Shown: one piece after another, positions 51,239-62,559 of the stretch
How the letters are laid out: the number at the start of each line of letters is the position of its first letter
How positions within the stretch are numbered: position 1 is the stretch's first letter
Source of the DNA: Stegostoma tigrinum
Lineage: Eukaryota
Direction of reading: 5' to 3'
Assembly: GCF_030684315.1 (NCBI RefSeq)
Contig: NC_081383.1
Coordinates: 43,849,912 to 43,913,911, forward strand
Length of the DNA stretch: 64,000 nt
The notes under the pieces: model-generated
The model's input: the letters and a program-made list of their open reading frames with translations, nothing else
Databases searched by the model: none
What the model was told of the DNA's origin: nothing
Position numbers and translations under genes: made by a program

Positions 51239-53107
51239 GTAAGAATGCATTCATAAAACTGTTATTTTCTTTTGCTTCTTTTTCCAGCATGTAACTGTGT
51301 TCAGTTTATGGAATTAGGTTAAGTACTGGTAGGTGTGCAAGCAATGCAGCTCGTTGCTGTCAAGAAAAACATTGTTCAGTGGATATGTTGGATACACTGA
51401 GTACTTAATTATAGCAATAAAACCAGATGTTCCTACTTCATTATTATAAACATGCAGGGTGGAATCTCAAAGGTTAGAACAATATGGGATATACCGTGAG
51501 ACTTGTGGCAGAATCATGCAAAATTTCTGATGGGGCCTATCTAAATGTCAGAAGCTTCACAAGCCATCCTGTGTGCTTTTGACAAGTGATGTGGTAGGTT
51601 TCTTGCCATGCAGTGATGAATTGTCAATTAGGAGGGATTGTTGCTTGTTAAACACCTAGTTAAAGGCCCAACACGCCTCATTAATATTCAACTTATCTTA
51701 GTAAATCTGCCAACGAGCTGGAAATTGACAAATCTTTACATGAAAATCAAAATGGGTACCTGGTGATTTCAATTCAGTATTTGTTCCAAAGGACCTCCTT
51801 CCTGGACACCACCACTATGGGGCACAGTCCGTAGGCACTGGTCACCCACACCACACATTGTCAGATATTGTTATCAGACATGGGTTTAACATGACTGTCT
51901 TACTTTTGTGCTCTGTACCCCTGTGTATAAAGTGCAGGAAACTGCATTCCTTATCAACTACAAAATGCACTTGCACATCATTTAGAGTTTATAATTGCGC
52001 CCTTTTTTATGTCAATTTTGGCATTCTTTCTAACAAAATTGTAGAACTTACTACTTTCCTGCCTTAAATTTAATCTGCCAATTGCCTATTCAATCCATCA
52101 ACATGCCTTGACCTTTATGCTAACCTCCACACAGTTTCTAATATATCAAAAATTTCAGTTGTCTGTAAGCTTTGAAACTCTGCCAAGTGCACCAAGGTGC
52201 CGCTATTTAAGTTGCGTATATAAGGAAGAACAGTGAATCCATTGCAGTCCCAAAATCATTCAATAACAACATGGAGACAAGTAATTGTTCCTCTAGTGTG
52301 AATTTGAATTATTTCATTTTGGCATGTATCTATCCAGAGTAGGAAATGTCTGCCTTAATGTATTGACTTACCTATTATCTTTTTTAGTGTACTTTGTTTT
52401 AGGAACATCCTCTGTTCTGGAATTTTATAATCTTGCTCATTTTTCATTCAGATCTTCCAAATATGTTTTAATGATTTATTTTATACTTGACTGTACCTTC
52501 AGTCATTTTCCTGGTTGAGACAATTGTGGTGGCGGAGTGACACTTATGACGAAATGACATATGGCTTGTCCCACCCCCCACCCCTGCTCAGACATTTGTT
52601 CTCTCTTTTAGAGCATCCTGCCTTGTTCCATCTTAACTGTGTTCAAATACTTTAAAAAGATGCTTAAAAACATCTGTCGCTTTAACTGTTACAGCCTCTG
52701 ACAATATAATTTCAGAGCGAAGTGATGGATTGACTTCATAGAATCTGCAGGACAGTACAATCCAGATAGGGTTAATTGTTGTTTTGATCTGCAACTTAAT
52801 TGTCCAGTGTTTCTCTCAGGATCACCAAATAAATAAATGTCGAACTCTGTCTCAGTAAATGAGACAGATTTCTGATTGTTACGAATAAATTATTTCAGTC
52901 AGTAAAAGCAAAATACAATGGATGCTGGAAATCTGGATATAAACAGAAAATAGCGTGGAAACTCAGTGGCCCTGACAGCACCTGTGGAGTCAGGAACAGT
53001 TAAATTCTGATTCCAGAGATATTTCTTTAAAACTAAGTGTTTGTCTTTTGCTGTATACTTCTACATAATCCTAAGTAATTTTACTGTGATATTCGCCCTC
53101 TGTGTAG

Positions 53108-56100
53108 GACAAGGCTTGAGAGTTGGGAACAAGAGTGACTTGAATGAGGACTTGATCCACAGCAGTCATGTTATTCCATCAGTTGACCATTTCCAAATGA
53201 GTGGTGAGTATCCTTATGGATGCACAGCTTTCAAGGAATATCTGAATTCCTCTTGTGAGACAGTTGGGAAATTAGAAACACTAGAAGAGTCAAACAAACA
53301 AGTTGCTCTTTCCAACACGAATGCAACATTTGCCATTGAGCAGGTGACGGATGTGTGTAGTATTGCACGTGATAATGAATGCAATAAACCCAACATTTTC
53401 AACAAGGAGTCCGAATTAGATCTGCTAAAGGACGCTACTTTGCCCTTCAAAAGTGCTGAGGAACCGGAAATGACAAACCTGGGTCTCTCACAACTTCGTG
53501 AAACTATGTTGGAAGTAACTAAGGAAACGGAACTGTCTGAAAGTTCGTTGTTTTTACCTCTGGATGGAGGACAGAATACATTGCCAAAACAGATTAATCC
53601 TGATAAACCAAACAAAGATGGGATGGAAGTGGAAGTAGATGGAAAATTAGTTGCAGAGACTGGTAAGATGCCCTGTTCGTGGTGTGAACATGACACATTC
53701 AATAAACAATGCTTTGAAGGTCATACAAAAGAACAACATAGTTACTTTGAAAGTGACGAAGAGACTCCGATCTCCACAATGGAGCCAGGGTACTTGGGAT
53801 GTAAAGAACAGGACTCCAATTCTCAAGTTGATTCAATGAATTATGCTTCTCGGAATGCAGAGACAATAGTGAGAGAGAGTGAACTGTGTAGAATTGAACG
53901 TGAAAACCCTCTCTCAAAAAGCAATTCGGGTGACATCTCAATAACTGGTGGTGACAAACCTTCCAAGAATATGCGACAGAAATCTGTAACACATCTTACT
54001 TTTCGGCAAAAAGTCAGAACAACATTAAAACTTAACAGCCAAACTGTATTCTATGTGAAACGACTATGTTTGTTTCATTGTGTTATTTGTCGATTTCATA
54101 CTTTGTACCGTCGTTGTGTCTTGCGCCACGTGAGGAGTATGCATCATAGCCACGTTAGAAGTCCTAAACTGAAAGGCTGTGTCAGGTTTTCCAATGGTTT
54201 AAGTACACTGAAACTTGGTAAAAAGGAGTGCACTTTAAAAAAGTTAATTTTGAACAGTGGTCCACTGCCCTTGGAAAGAAAGGATTCCCGAGTACTCAAA
54301 CCAGATAGGAGTGTAAGAAGTGAAAATGTAAATTTGATGCCTTTTGTTGCAAATCCATCACTTTGCCCTAGTGAATCAGATATTACTGAATCTAAAAATT
54401 GCTTAAGAAAGCAACATGTTAATCCATGTCATGAAGTGTCATTCGTCCAACAGATTAATGATCAAATACAATTTTCAATACCTTATCTTCTGGCTAATGA
54501 TTCAGATGCTAAAACAAGTTCAGTAATACCTAAAGATCCTCCAGGAGCTCCTTCACATTTTTCACCGTTGATGACGTCTTATGAGAAGATAACCTATGGT
54601 GATCTGAATATTAAAACTCTGCCACCTTCTAGTAAGTGCCTGGCATTGGAAGCCATAGTGGAAAACCTGAAAAGTCGTGTGGCATCACCAATCAAATGCA
54701 GGCCAACAGTTGCATTGCTTAATGATCGAATAGCAAAGCCCAGGCGAAGCATTCCATTTTGTAGAACAACAGAGGAGCAGCAGGCTAAGTGGGTGATGGA
54801 GGCATACACTTTCTTAAAGCAACAGAAGATTGAAAGAGCTGCTGAGTTTTCTTCCTGTGATGATGATGATTATCTCCTTGATGCAATGGCTGAAATTGAA
54901 GTCGTGCTATCTGATACAGATGATAACGGTAACTATTCACAAGGCTGTCAAAATTATGGAACTTCAAACGTAAACTTTGCAAAAGCAGCAGAAGACAAAA
55001 GAGAAATTCTCAGTCTTGCATCAAGTGCAAAAATAGAACCAGGAAATGTTTGCAGTCGGTTGCACAAATGTGACATCTGTCCTTTTTCAAGTGCCAGTAT
55101 TATGTCAGTTCTGTCACACTGTCATAGACAACACCCCGAAGAAAACATACCTTCCCCCAAGATCCAGAAATATAGCAGTAAGATGACTGTGCAGACGGGA
55201 TTAGATTTACCTTTGCCCAAGCACAGCTTATTTTGGTTTGATTCTAAATCTGCTGATTCAGTTATTCCTTGTTTTACTGGATCTTCAACATTGTGTTTCT
55301 GTGAACATTGTTCATTCAGTGGAGACTGGGTTTCTTTATTTGAGCATTACCAAAAATCTCATACATCTACAAATGTAACTAAATATGGGAGACCGAAAGA
55401 GTCAGAGAGAAGAAATGTCAGCAATTTACAAGTCAGGGCTCCAGTAGCTTCCACTTCTAGCAGTGAGCCACAGGTGGTGTTTCAGTGCCAGCTCTGTAAT
55501 TTTACCTGCTCATCAAGACGAGTCATTTGTCGACACTATTGCATCAGGCAGAGTGTTACTTGTGCTCAAGTTGAAGACTTTGATATTCTTTACAAATGTG
55601 CCTTGTGTATGTATACTCATTTAACTCAGGAAGGACTCATTAATCATTATCTCATATACCATGATATTGAACCTCAATTTAGCTCTCGTGGAATCAAGAC
55701 AGGCCAGAATGAACTTGTCTCATTCCTATCCAGTGATGAGGATCTGAAAGCTGGTATGGAAAAACAGATATGTATGCTATGTTCATTTAAGGCTATTACT
55801 CAAAAAGAACTTTTGTTCCACTATAAATTACGACATCCAAGATTTTATTCCCAAAATAGGTGCACTATTGAATGTAAAAATCATGCCAATTTGCATACAA
55901 CAAACCTAGATCCACAATTTTGTGAAGCAAAACATTTCAAGAATGGAAGTGAATGTGTAAAGACTATGTTGGAGTGGGGAATGAGTGTGGTCAATACCAA
56001 GGAGCCTTCAGCCTTTGGTGATGGCAGTGAACTTGAATTGATCAGCTGTAAAAGAGATCGAGACTTAATAATGGCAGTGCCTGTCAGAGAACACCTGAGA

Positions 56101-56361
56101 AATCAAAACAACAGCCCATTTCATTATGGGCAGAAGGCCATCATGACTGCAAACTCATTAGATGTAACAAAATTGCCATCTAAACAATTTCCACTGAACA
56201 GACCTGGAAGTCGGAGCGTAGAATACAACCTAATGCCAGGAAAGCAAAATGTTGACAGCAGTGACATTTTTTGTGAATTTGGTGATCCTCTGAATAAAAT
56301 CACAGTCCAGGAATCTATATTTGGTGCTGAAGATGACTGGCAACAACGAGACCTGGTATGA
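53108..56361 (+). CDS. ZNF462-like C2H2 zinc finger protein, giant exon (3254 nt)
   Basis: Acceptor ctctgtgtag|GA CAA opens an uninterrupted 3.25 kb ORF with about 7 dispersed C2H2 fingers. FQCQLCNFTCSSRRVICRHY...LYKCALCMYTHLTQEGLINHYLIYHDIE matches recalled ZNF462 FRCQLCKYFCSTRKGIARHY...LFKCALCAYTNPIRKGLAAHYQKRHDID. It ends at TGA 56361 or splices at CTG|gtatga (56355). Confidence 0.9.
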
Positions 56362-56924
56362 CTCACTGATTCTTAATTGTTTTTAATTCCTTTTGGGGCG
56401 ACATAAGAATGGAAAAAAAAACAAAGAACAATACAATCTTTGTTCGTGTTTGACAAACCTATCGGCTTGAAATCACACAGCACTAAATAGGGAGATACAC
56501 CTGCGGTTCAAGCTAACTTCAATATTTTAATCCATTGTTGACCTGTTTGGTTTGAATACCGTTGAAACAAAAATATAAAGAACAGAGTTACTTGGTGTAA
56601 AAGCTCAACTGAATTAGATAGTTATTTGAATGAACTTTCTCAGGTCTGTTTGTAATACACCCCTAGGACAGCTGTACATGTCTTAAAATGGCACCCAGAT
56701 CTTCTGGCTCTCCAGTAGGGACAAGGCCCCACCCACAGATGTGTAAAAACATCTCTGACAAGGTTGATGTAAAAAATAATTATTTGCTTATGGGGGTGTT
56801 TGTGACACAGTGGTTGAGTTCTGATCTCTGTGTCAGGAGGCCTGGGTTTAGGTCTGTTGGCTCCAGTGGTGTGTCGTAATGTGTCTGAGCAGTTGATTTT
56901 AAAAATACGTAATTTGAAAAAGAA

Positions 56925-57874
56925 AAAAAAAGTATGGCACAGGAACAGGCCCTTTGGCCCTCCTAAACCTGTGCTGATCATCATGCCCTGACTAGACTAA
57001 AAACCAAACCTTCTGCCCCTATTTGGTCCGTATCTCTCTATTCCCTCTCTATTCTCTCCCTATTCATGTAATCATCCAGATGCCTCTTAAATGTTGCCAA
57101 CATGCCTGCTTCCACAACCTCCTTTGGCAGTGCATTCCAGGTTCCTACCACCATCTGCATGGAAGAACTTTCCTCACACATCTCCTTAAAGATTTTCCTC
57201 CTCTCACCTTCAACTTGTGTCCCTTGTAATTGAAACTTCAACCCTGAGAAAAAGCATCTGACTATCCACCCTATGTATGCGTCTCCTAACTTTGTAGACC
57301 TCTCTCAGGTTTTCTCTCAGCCATCACCTTTCCAGTGAAAATAATCCGAGTCTTTTTAACCTTTCCTCACAGTCAATACTCTTAAAACCGGGCAGCATCC
57401 TGGTAAACCTTCTTTACACACTCTGTAAAGTTTCTGTATCCTTCCAGTGATGTGACAACCAAAACTGCACACAATACTTCAAATTTGACCTAACAGAGGT
57501 TTGATTTAGCTGCATCATGTTTTATCAACTCTTGTATGCTCCAGCTGATGAAGGTAAGCGTGCCATATAATCACTTTGGCTGACTGTGCCACTTTTAGGG
57601 AACTGTGGACCTGCGTGCCCAGATCTGTCTGTATGTTAATGTTCCTAAGGGTTCTGCCATTAACAGTGTAATTTACAACTAAATTTGATCCTCCAAAGTG
57701 CATCACCTCACATATTTGTCAGGATTAAACTCTATCCTCCTAACTCTAACTCCTGTGCCCATTACCAATCTATCTCTATCCTGCTTTATCCTTTCATAAT
57801 CGTTGGTGCAGTTGCTAATTGTACTAATCTGTGTCATCTGCAAACTTACTGATCAGACCACCCACATTTTCCTC

Positions 57875-57906
<32 letters not shown>

Positions 57907-58850
57907 CTACGAACAACATAGGGCCTAAGACTGATCCTTGTGGAACACCACTAGTTACCAGTCTCTATTCTGAAAAAACACTCTCCCACCACTACTCACT
58001 ATCTCCTGTGACCAAGCCAGTTTTGTATTCAGCTTGCCCACCCCAAATCCCATATGATTTTAGTTTTTGTACCAATCTGCCATGTAGGACTGATAAACAA
58101 CTTACTAAAGTCCATATAAACTACATCCACAGCTCTTTCCTCATCAATTATCTTTGTCACTTCAAAAAATTTGATCAGGTTGGTGAGACGTGACCTTCCT
58201 CAAATGAAATCGTGCTGCCTGTCACTAACTAGTCCATTTTCTTCCAGATGTGCATATATCCTGTCCCTCGGTATCTTCTCCAAGAGCTTCCCTCACCACC
58301 GATGTCAGACTCACTGGCCTGTAAATTCTTGGATTATTTCCTGGAACAAGCTAATCTCTAGTTCTCTGGAATCTTGCCTGTGGTCAAGGAGGATGTGAAG
58401 ATATCTGCTACTGTCCCAGCTATTTTTCTCTTGCTTCTTATAGTAAACTGGGATAGATCCCATCTGGCCCTGGAGATTTGTCAATCTTACTGCAATTTAG
58501 GATACCAAAACTTCCTCCTTTTAATATATTGACATTCTGTAGAGCATTCTCACACTCTTCCCTGATATCAGCATCAGCCCTGTCCTCTTCCTAGATCGAT
58601 ACCGATACAAAGTACTTATTAAGTATCTCTCCCATTTGCTGTGGCTCCACGCATAACTTCCTCCCCTTTGTCTTTGAGGGAGCCTACTATTTCCCTTGCA
58701 ACTCTCTCTTTCTTCTAACATATGCACAAAAAGCCTTGAGATTCTTCTTGACCTTGTTTTGCTAAAGACATTTCATGGCCCCTTTTTAGCCTTCATAATT
58801 TCTCTATACTCAAGGGCTTTGTCAGTTTCAGCTTGTTTTGGGTATGGTAA
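56925..58850 (-). mobile_element. CR1 LINE 3' half
   Basis: Minus-strand ORFs with MHFGGSN...[17 protein letters not shown] and WNALPKEVVEAG..ATFKRHLD. Confidence 0.88.
57880..57906. repeat. (AT)n microsatellite
   Basis: About 13 AT units inside a CR1. Confidence 0.95.
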
Positions 58851-59058
58851 TTTTTTCAAGCTACTTTCTCCTTTATGTTTTAAGTTGTAACTGCAGCTAT
58901 TTATTTTGCTTTGTCAAAATTGTTTTAACATAGAAATTTTAAGCAAAAATACTGAGATCTCAAATCTTCATGAAATAAGCAGATGTTCTAATTAACCTGA
59001 ATTTTTTTGTATTCTACTTAGAGTAAGATAAACTCAGCAAAAGCCAAGCTGCATGAAC

Positions 59059-59270
59059 TCATTTAGAAATTATTAATTTGACGCACAGATTTCTGAGTAG
59101 TTTTTCGACATTGAACTCAGTACTTTTGACTTGATTCAGCTGCAGCTGCTGTTTCAGCATTTTGTTGATATTGTGAATTGCAAGCACTAACGTTGTTGTT
59201 GGCCAGATCCTAGAGTGTGTACTAGAGTGCTCCGAGGCCACAGCTTTGAGAACGGCCATTTCAAACATGC
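59059..59270 (-). CDS. Candidate terminal coding exon of an unidentified convergent gene
   Basis: Minus-strand acceptor atttgttttacctgtag| followed by an open frame (x)MFEMAVLKAVASEHSSTHSRIWPTTTLVLAIHNINKMLKQQLQLNQVKSTEFNVEKLLRNLCVKLIISK*. AATAAA on the minus strand at 58900-58905. Unique, relatively CpG-rich island between repeats. Confidence 0.5.
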
Positions 59271-60254
59271 CTACAGGTAAAACAAATGAGAAAGCATTTT
59301 CTCATGCTAAATGTTAGGAATTAAAACAGCATAATTTCTGCTAAATAAAAGCAAAATAGTGCAGAAGGTGGAAATCTGAAATAAAGTGCTGAAGAACCCT
59401 AGCTGTTCTAACCTCATTTGTGGAGAGAAAAGCAGTTAATGTTTTGAATCCAACATTACAGATGTTTAGAACTGTATTTACCACAACTGCTATCAGACCT
59501 GCTGAGTTTCTTTAGTACTTTGTTTTTATTTCACAGGTGTAATTCCATTCACTGTCAAAAGCTTTTCCAAAATTTATAAAGCAATTTTTATTTAAAACTC
59601 CTTGTTCATTCTCTTTATCTCAACCACCTAACTTGTTCAAGGCCCTCCATGAAATTTGTTTTTTTTCCCCCATTACACTGATTGGAACGAAAATTTACAC
59701 ACGCACAAAACAGTTCCCATGTTGGAAACTTGAAATAGGTGTGTCAATCAATTATAAAAGCACAAAATTGTAAATTCCCCAAAACTATATTTAAAATGAT
59801 AAATTTTGAAAAATCAAGCAGATGAAATTATAATCTAGTAGCATGCTTGACCAGTACATTGATAAGATCTTGCTATTTATGGCTGTCCTGCTCATTTTAC
59901 CACCCTAATAATTTACCTGTCGTCTGTGAATGTCTTGAGTATACCTTACATGTTTTGAGCCCAAATCATACATCACAAACAGCAAGGGCCCCCAGCACTG
60001 AGTCTTGTGGAATCCCATTAGAAACAGACTTCCAGTCCTAGAAATTTCCATCTACTATTGTCCTCTGCTTCCTGCCTCGCAGCCAGTTTGTGCCACTTCA
60101 CACTGAATCCCATATGTTGTTTCTTTCTTGACCAGTCTGCCATGAGAAACTTTATCAAAAATTTGTTAAAGTCCACTGAAACCATATTAAATGAAATACT
60201 CTCACCAACACTCCTGGTTACGTACTCAAAACATTTGAATTAAATTTCTCAAGA

Positions 60255-62545
60255 ACAAACAAAGAACAAAGGAACAGACTCTTTGGCCCTCCAAGCCTGT
60301 GTGGATCCAGATCCTCTATCAAAACCTGTCGCCTATTTTCCAAGGATCTGTATCCCTCTGCTCCCTGCCCATTCATGTATCTGTCTTGATACATCTTAAA
60401 TGTTGTTATTGTGCCCGCCTCTACCACCTCCACTGGAAATGCATTCCAGACACCCACCACCCTCTACATAAAGAACTTTCCATGCATATCTCCCTTAAAC
60501 TTTTCCCCTCTCACCTTGAAATCGTGGCCCCTAGTAATTGAGTCCACCACTCTTTGGGGTGGGGGGGGGGGGGGGGTGTTTCTTGCTATCCACCCTGTCT
60601 ATACCTCTCATGATTTTGTAGACCTCAATCAGGCCTCCCCCTCAACCTCTGACTTTCTAATGTAAATAATCCTAATCTGCTCAAACTCTCCACATTGCTA
60701 GCGCCCTCCATGCCAGGCAACATCCTGGTGAATCTCCTCTGCACCATCTCTAAAGCATCCACATTTTTTTGATGCAGAGATCATAGGAACTGCCGATGCT
60801 GGAGAATCTGAGATAACAAGGTGTGGAGCTGAATGAACACAGCAGGCCAAGCAGGATAGGTGATGTTTCAGGTCAAGACCCTTCTTCAGAAATGGGGGAG
60901 GGGAAGGGGATTCTGAAATAAATAGGGAGAGGGGGGAGGCAGATACACCTCAAGCCCCATCCCCATCTCCTACCCACTAACCTTATGCTGCCTCCTTGAC
61001 TTTTCCGTCCTCCCTGGACCAAACTACCCCCTCCCTAACTCCCCACCTACATTCACCTTTTACTGACTCCAACCCGACCCTTTTGACTTGTGTGTCTCCT
61101 GTCCACCTATCTGCTCCTTTTATCTACGTTCCATCTGCCTCCCGTCTCTGTCTCTATATTTATTTCAGAATCCCGTTGCCCTCCCCCATTTCTGAAGAAG
61201 GATCTCAACCTGAAACATCACCTATCCTGCTCCTCTGCTGCTTGGCCTGCTGTGTTCATCCAGCTCTACGCTTTGTTATCTCACATCCTTTTGGTAATGT
61301 GGGCGACCAGAACTGTACGCAGTATTCCAAATGTGGTCGAACCAAAGTCCTGTACAACTGTAACATGACCTGCCAAATCTTGTACTCAATACCCCGTCCA
61401 ATGAATGAAAGCATGGCATATGCCTTCGTGTCCACTGTATCCACCTGTGTTGCCATCTTCAGGGTACAATGGACCTTAACACCCAGATCTCTCTGTGCAT
61501 CAGTTTTCCCCAGGGCTTTTCCATTTACCGTATAGTTCGCTCTTGAATTGGATCTTCCAAAATGCATCACCTTGCATTTGCCTGGATTGACTCCATCTGC
61601 CATTTCTGTGCCCAACTCTCCAATCTATCTACATTCTGCTACATTTTCAGACAGTCCCCTATACCATCTGCTACTCCACAATCTTAGTGTCATCTGCAAA
61701 CTTACTAATCAAACCATCTCTACCTTCCTCCAGATCATTTATGTTTATCACAAATAACAGTGGTCCCAATACTGATCCCTGTGGAACACCACTGGTCATG
61801 GTTCCCCATTTTGAGAAATTCTCTTCCACTACAACCCTCTGTTCCCCTTTACCCAGTCAGTTCTCTATCCATCTAGCTAGTACATCCTGGACCCCATGCG
61901 ACTTCACTTTCTCCATCAGCTTAATGTAGGGAACCTTATCAAACACCTTATTGTAGACCCTGTGTATGACATCTACAGCCCTTCCCTCATCTATCAACTG
62001 TGTCGCTTCCTCAAAGAATTCTATCAAGTTGGTAAGACATGACCTTCCCTGCACAAAACCGTGCTGCCAATCATTAATAAGCCCATTTTCTTCCAAATGT
62101 AAATAGATCCTATCCCTCAGTATCTTCTCCAGCAGCTTCCCTACCACTGACATTGGGCTACTGGTCTGTAATTACCTGGATTATCCTTGCTACCCTTCTT
62201 ACACAAGGGGACAACGTTAGCAATTCTCCAGTCCTCCAGGGCCTCACCTGTGCTCAAGGATGCTGCAAAGATTATTTGTTAAGGCCCTGGCTATTTCCTC
62301 TCTCGCTTCCCTCAGTAACCTGGGATAGATCCCATCCAGACCTGGGGACTTGTCCACCCTAATGCCTTTTAGAATACCCAACACTTCCCCCGCCACACCT
62401 ACTTATGCCGACTTGACCTCCATTTCCTTCTCCTTGGTGAATACTGACACAAAATACTCATTAAGAATCTCACTCATTTTGTGTGACTTCTCGCATAACT
62501 TCCCCTCTTTTGTCCTTGAGTGGGCCAACTTTCTCTAGTTACCCT
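60255..62545 (-). mobile_element. CR1 LINE ORF2 RT region to 3' end, interrupted by a Penelope element
   Basis: SVVGKLLEKILRDRI...[30 protein letters not shown] and LYRTLVRPHLEYCVQFWSP. Confidence 0.92.
60772..61282. mobile_element. Penelope insertion with an inverted pLTR pair
   Basis: 60810-60945 is the reverse complement of about 61140-61282. Hammerhead-like cores at 60862-60889 (-) and 61192-61219 (+). CACAT occurs on both flanks. Confidence 0.85.
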
Positions 62546-62559
62546 CTTGCTCCTTATGT

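Noticed and set aside
53041-53107. Signal-peptide-like N-terminus (MSFAVYFYIILSNF...) of the 1106-aa ORF
   Set aside because: It starts at TTG and is the translated intronic pyrimidine-rich tract. The exon begins at 53108 and joins the ATG exon at 51046.
53214-56366. Several minus-strand ORFs inside the giant exon
   Set aside because: Antisense shadows of the zinc-finger coding sequence with no recognisable domains.
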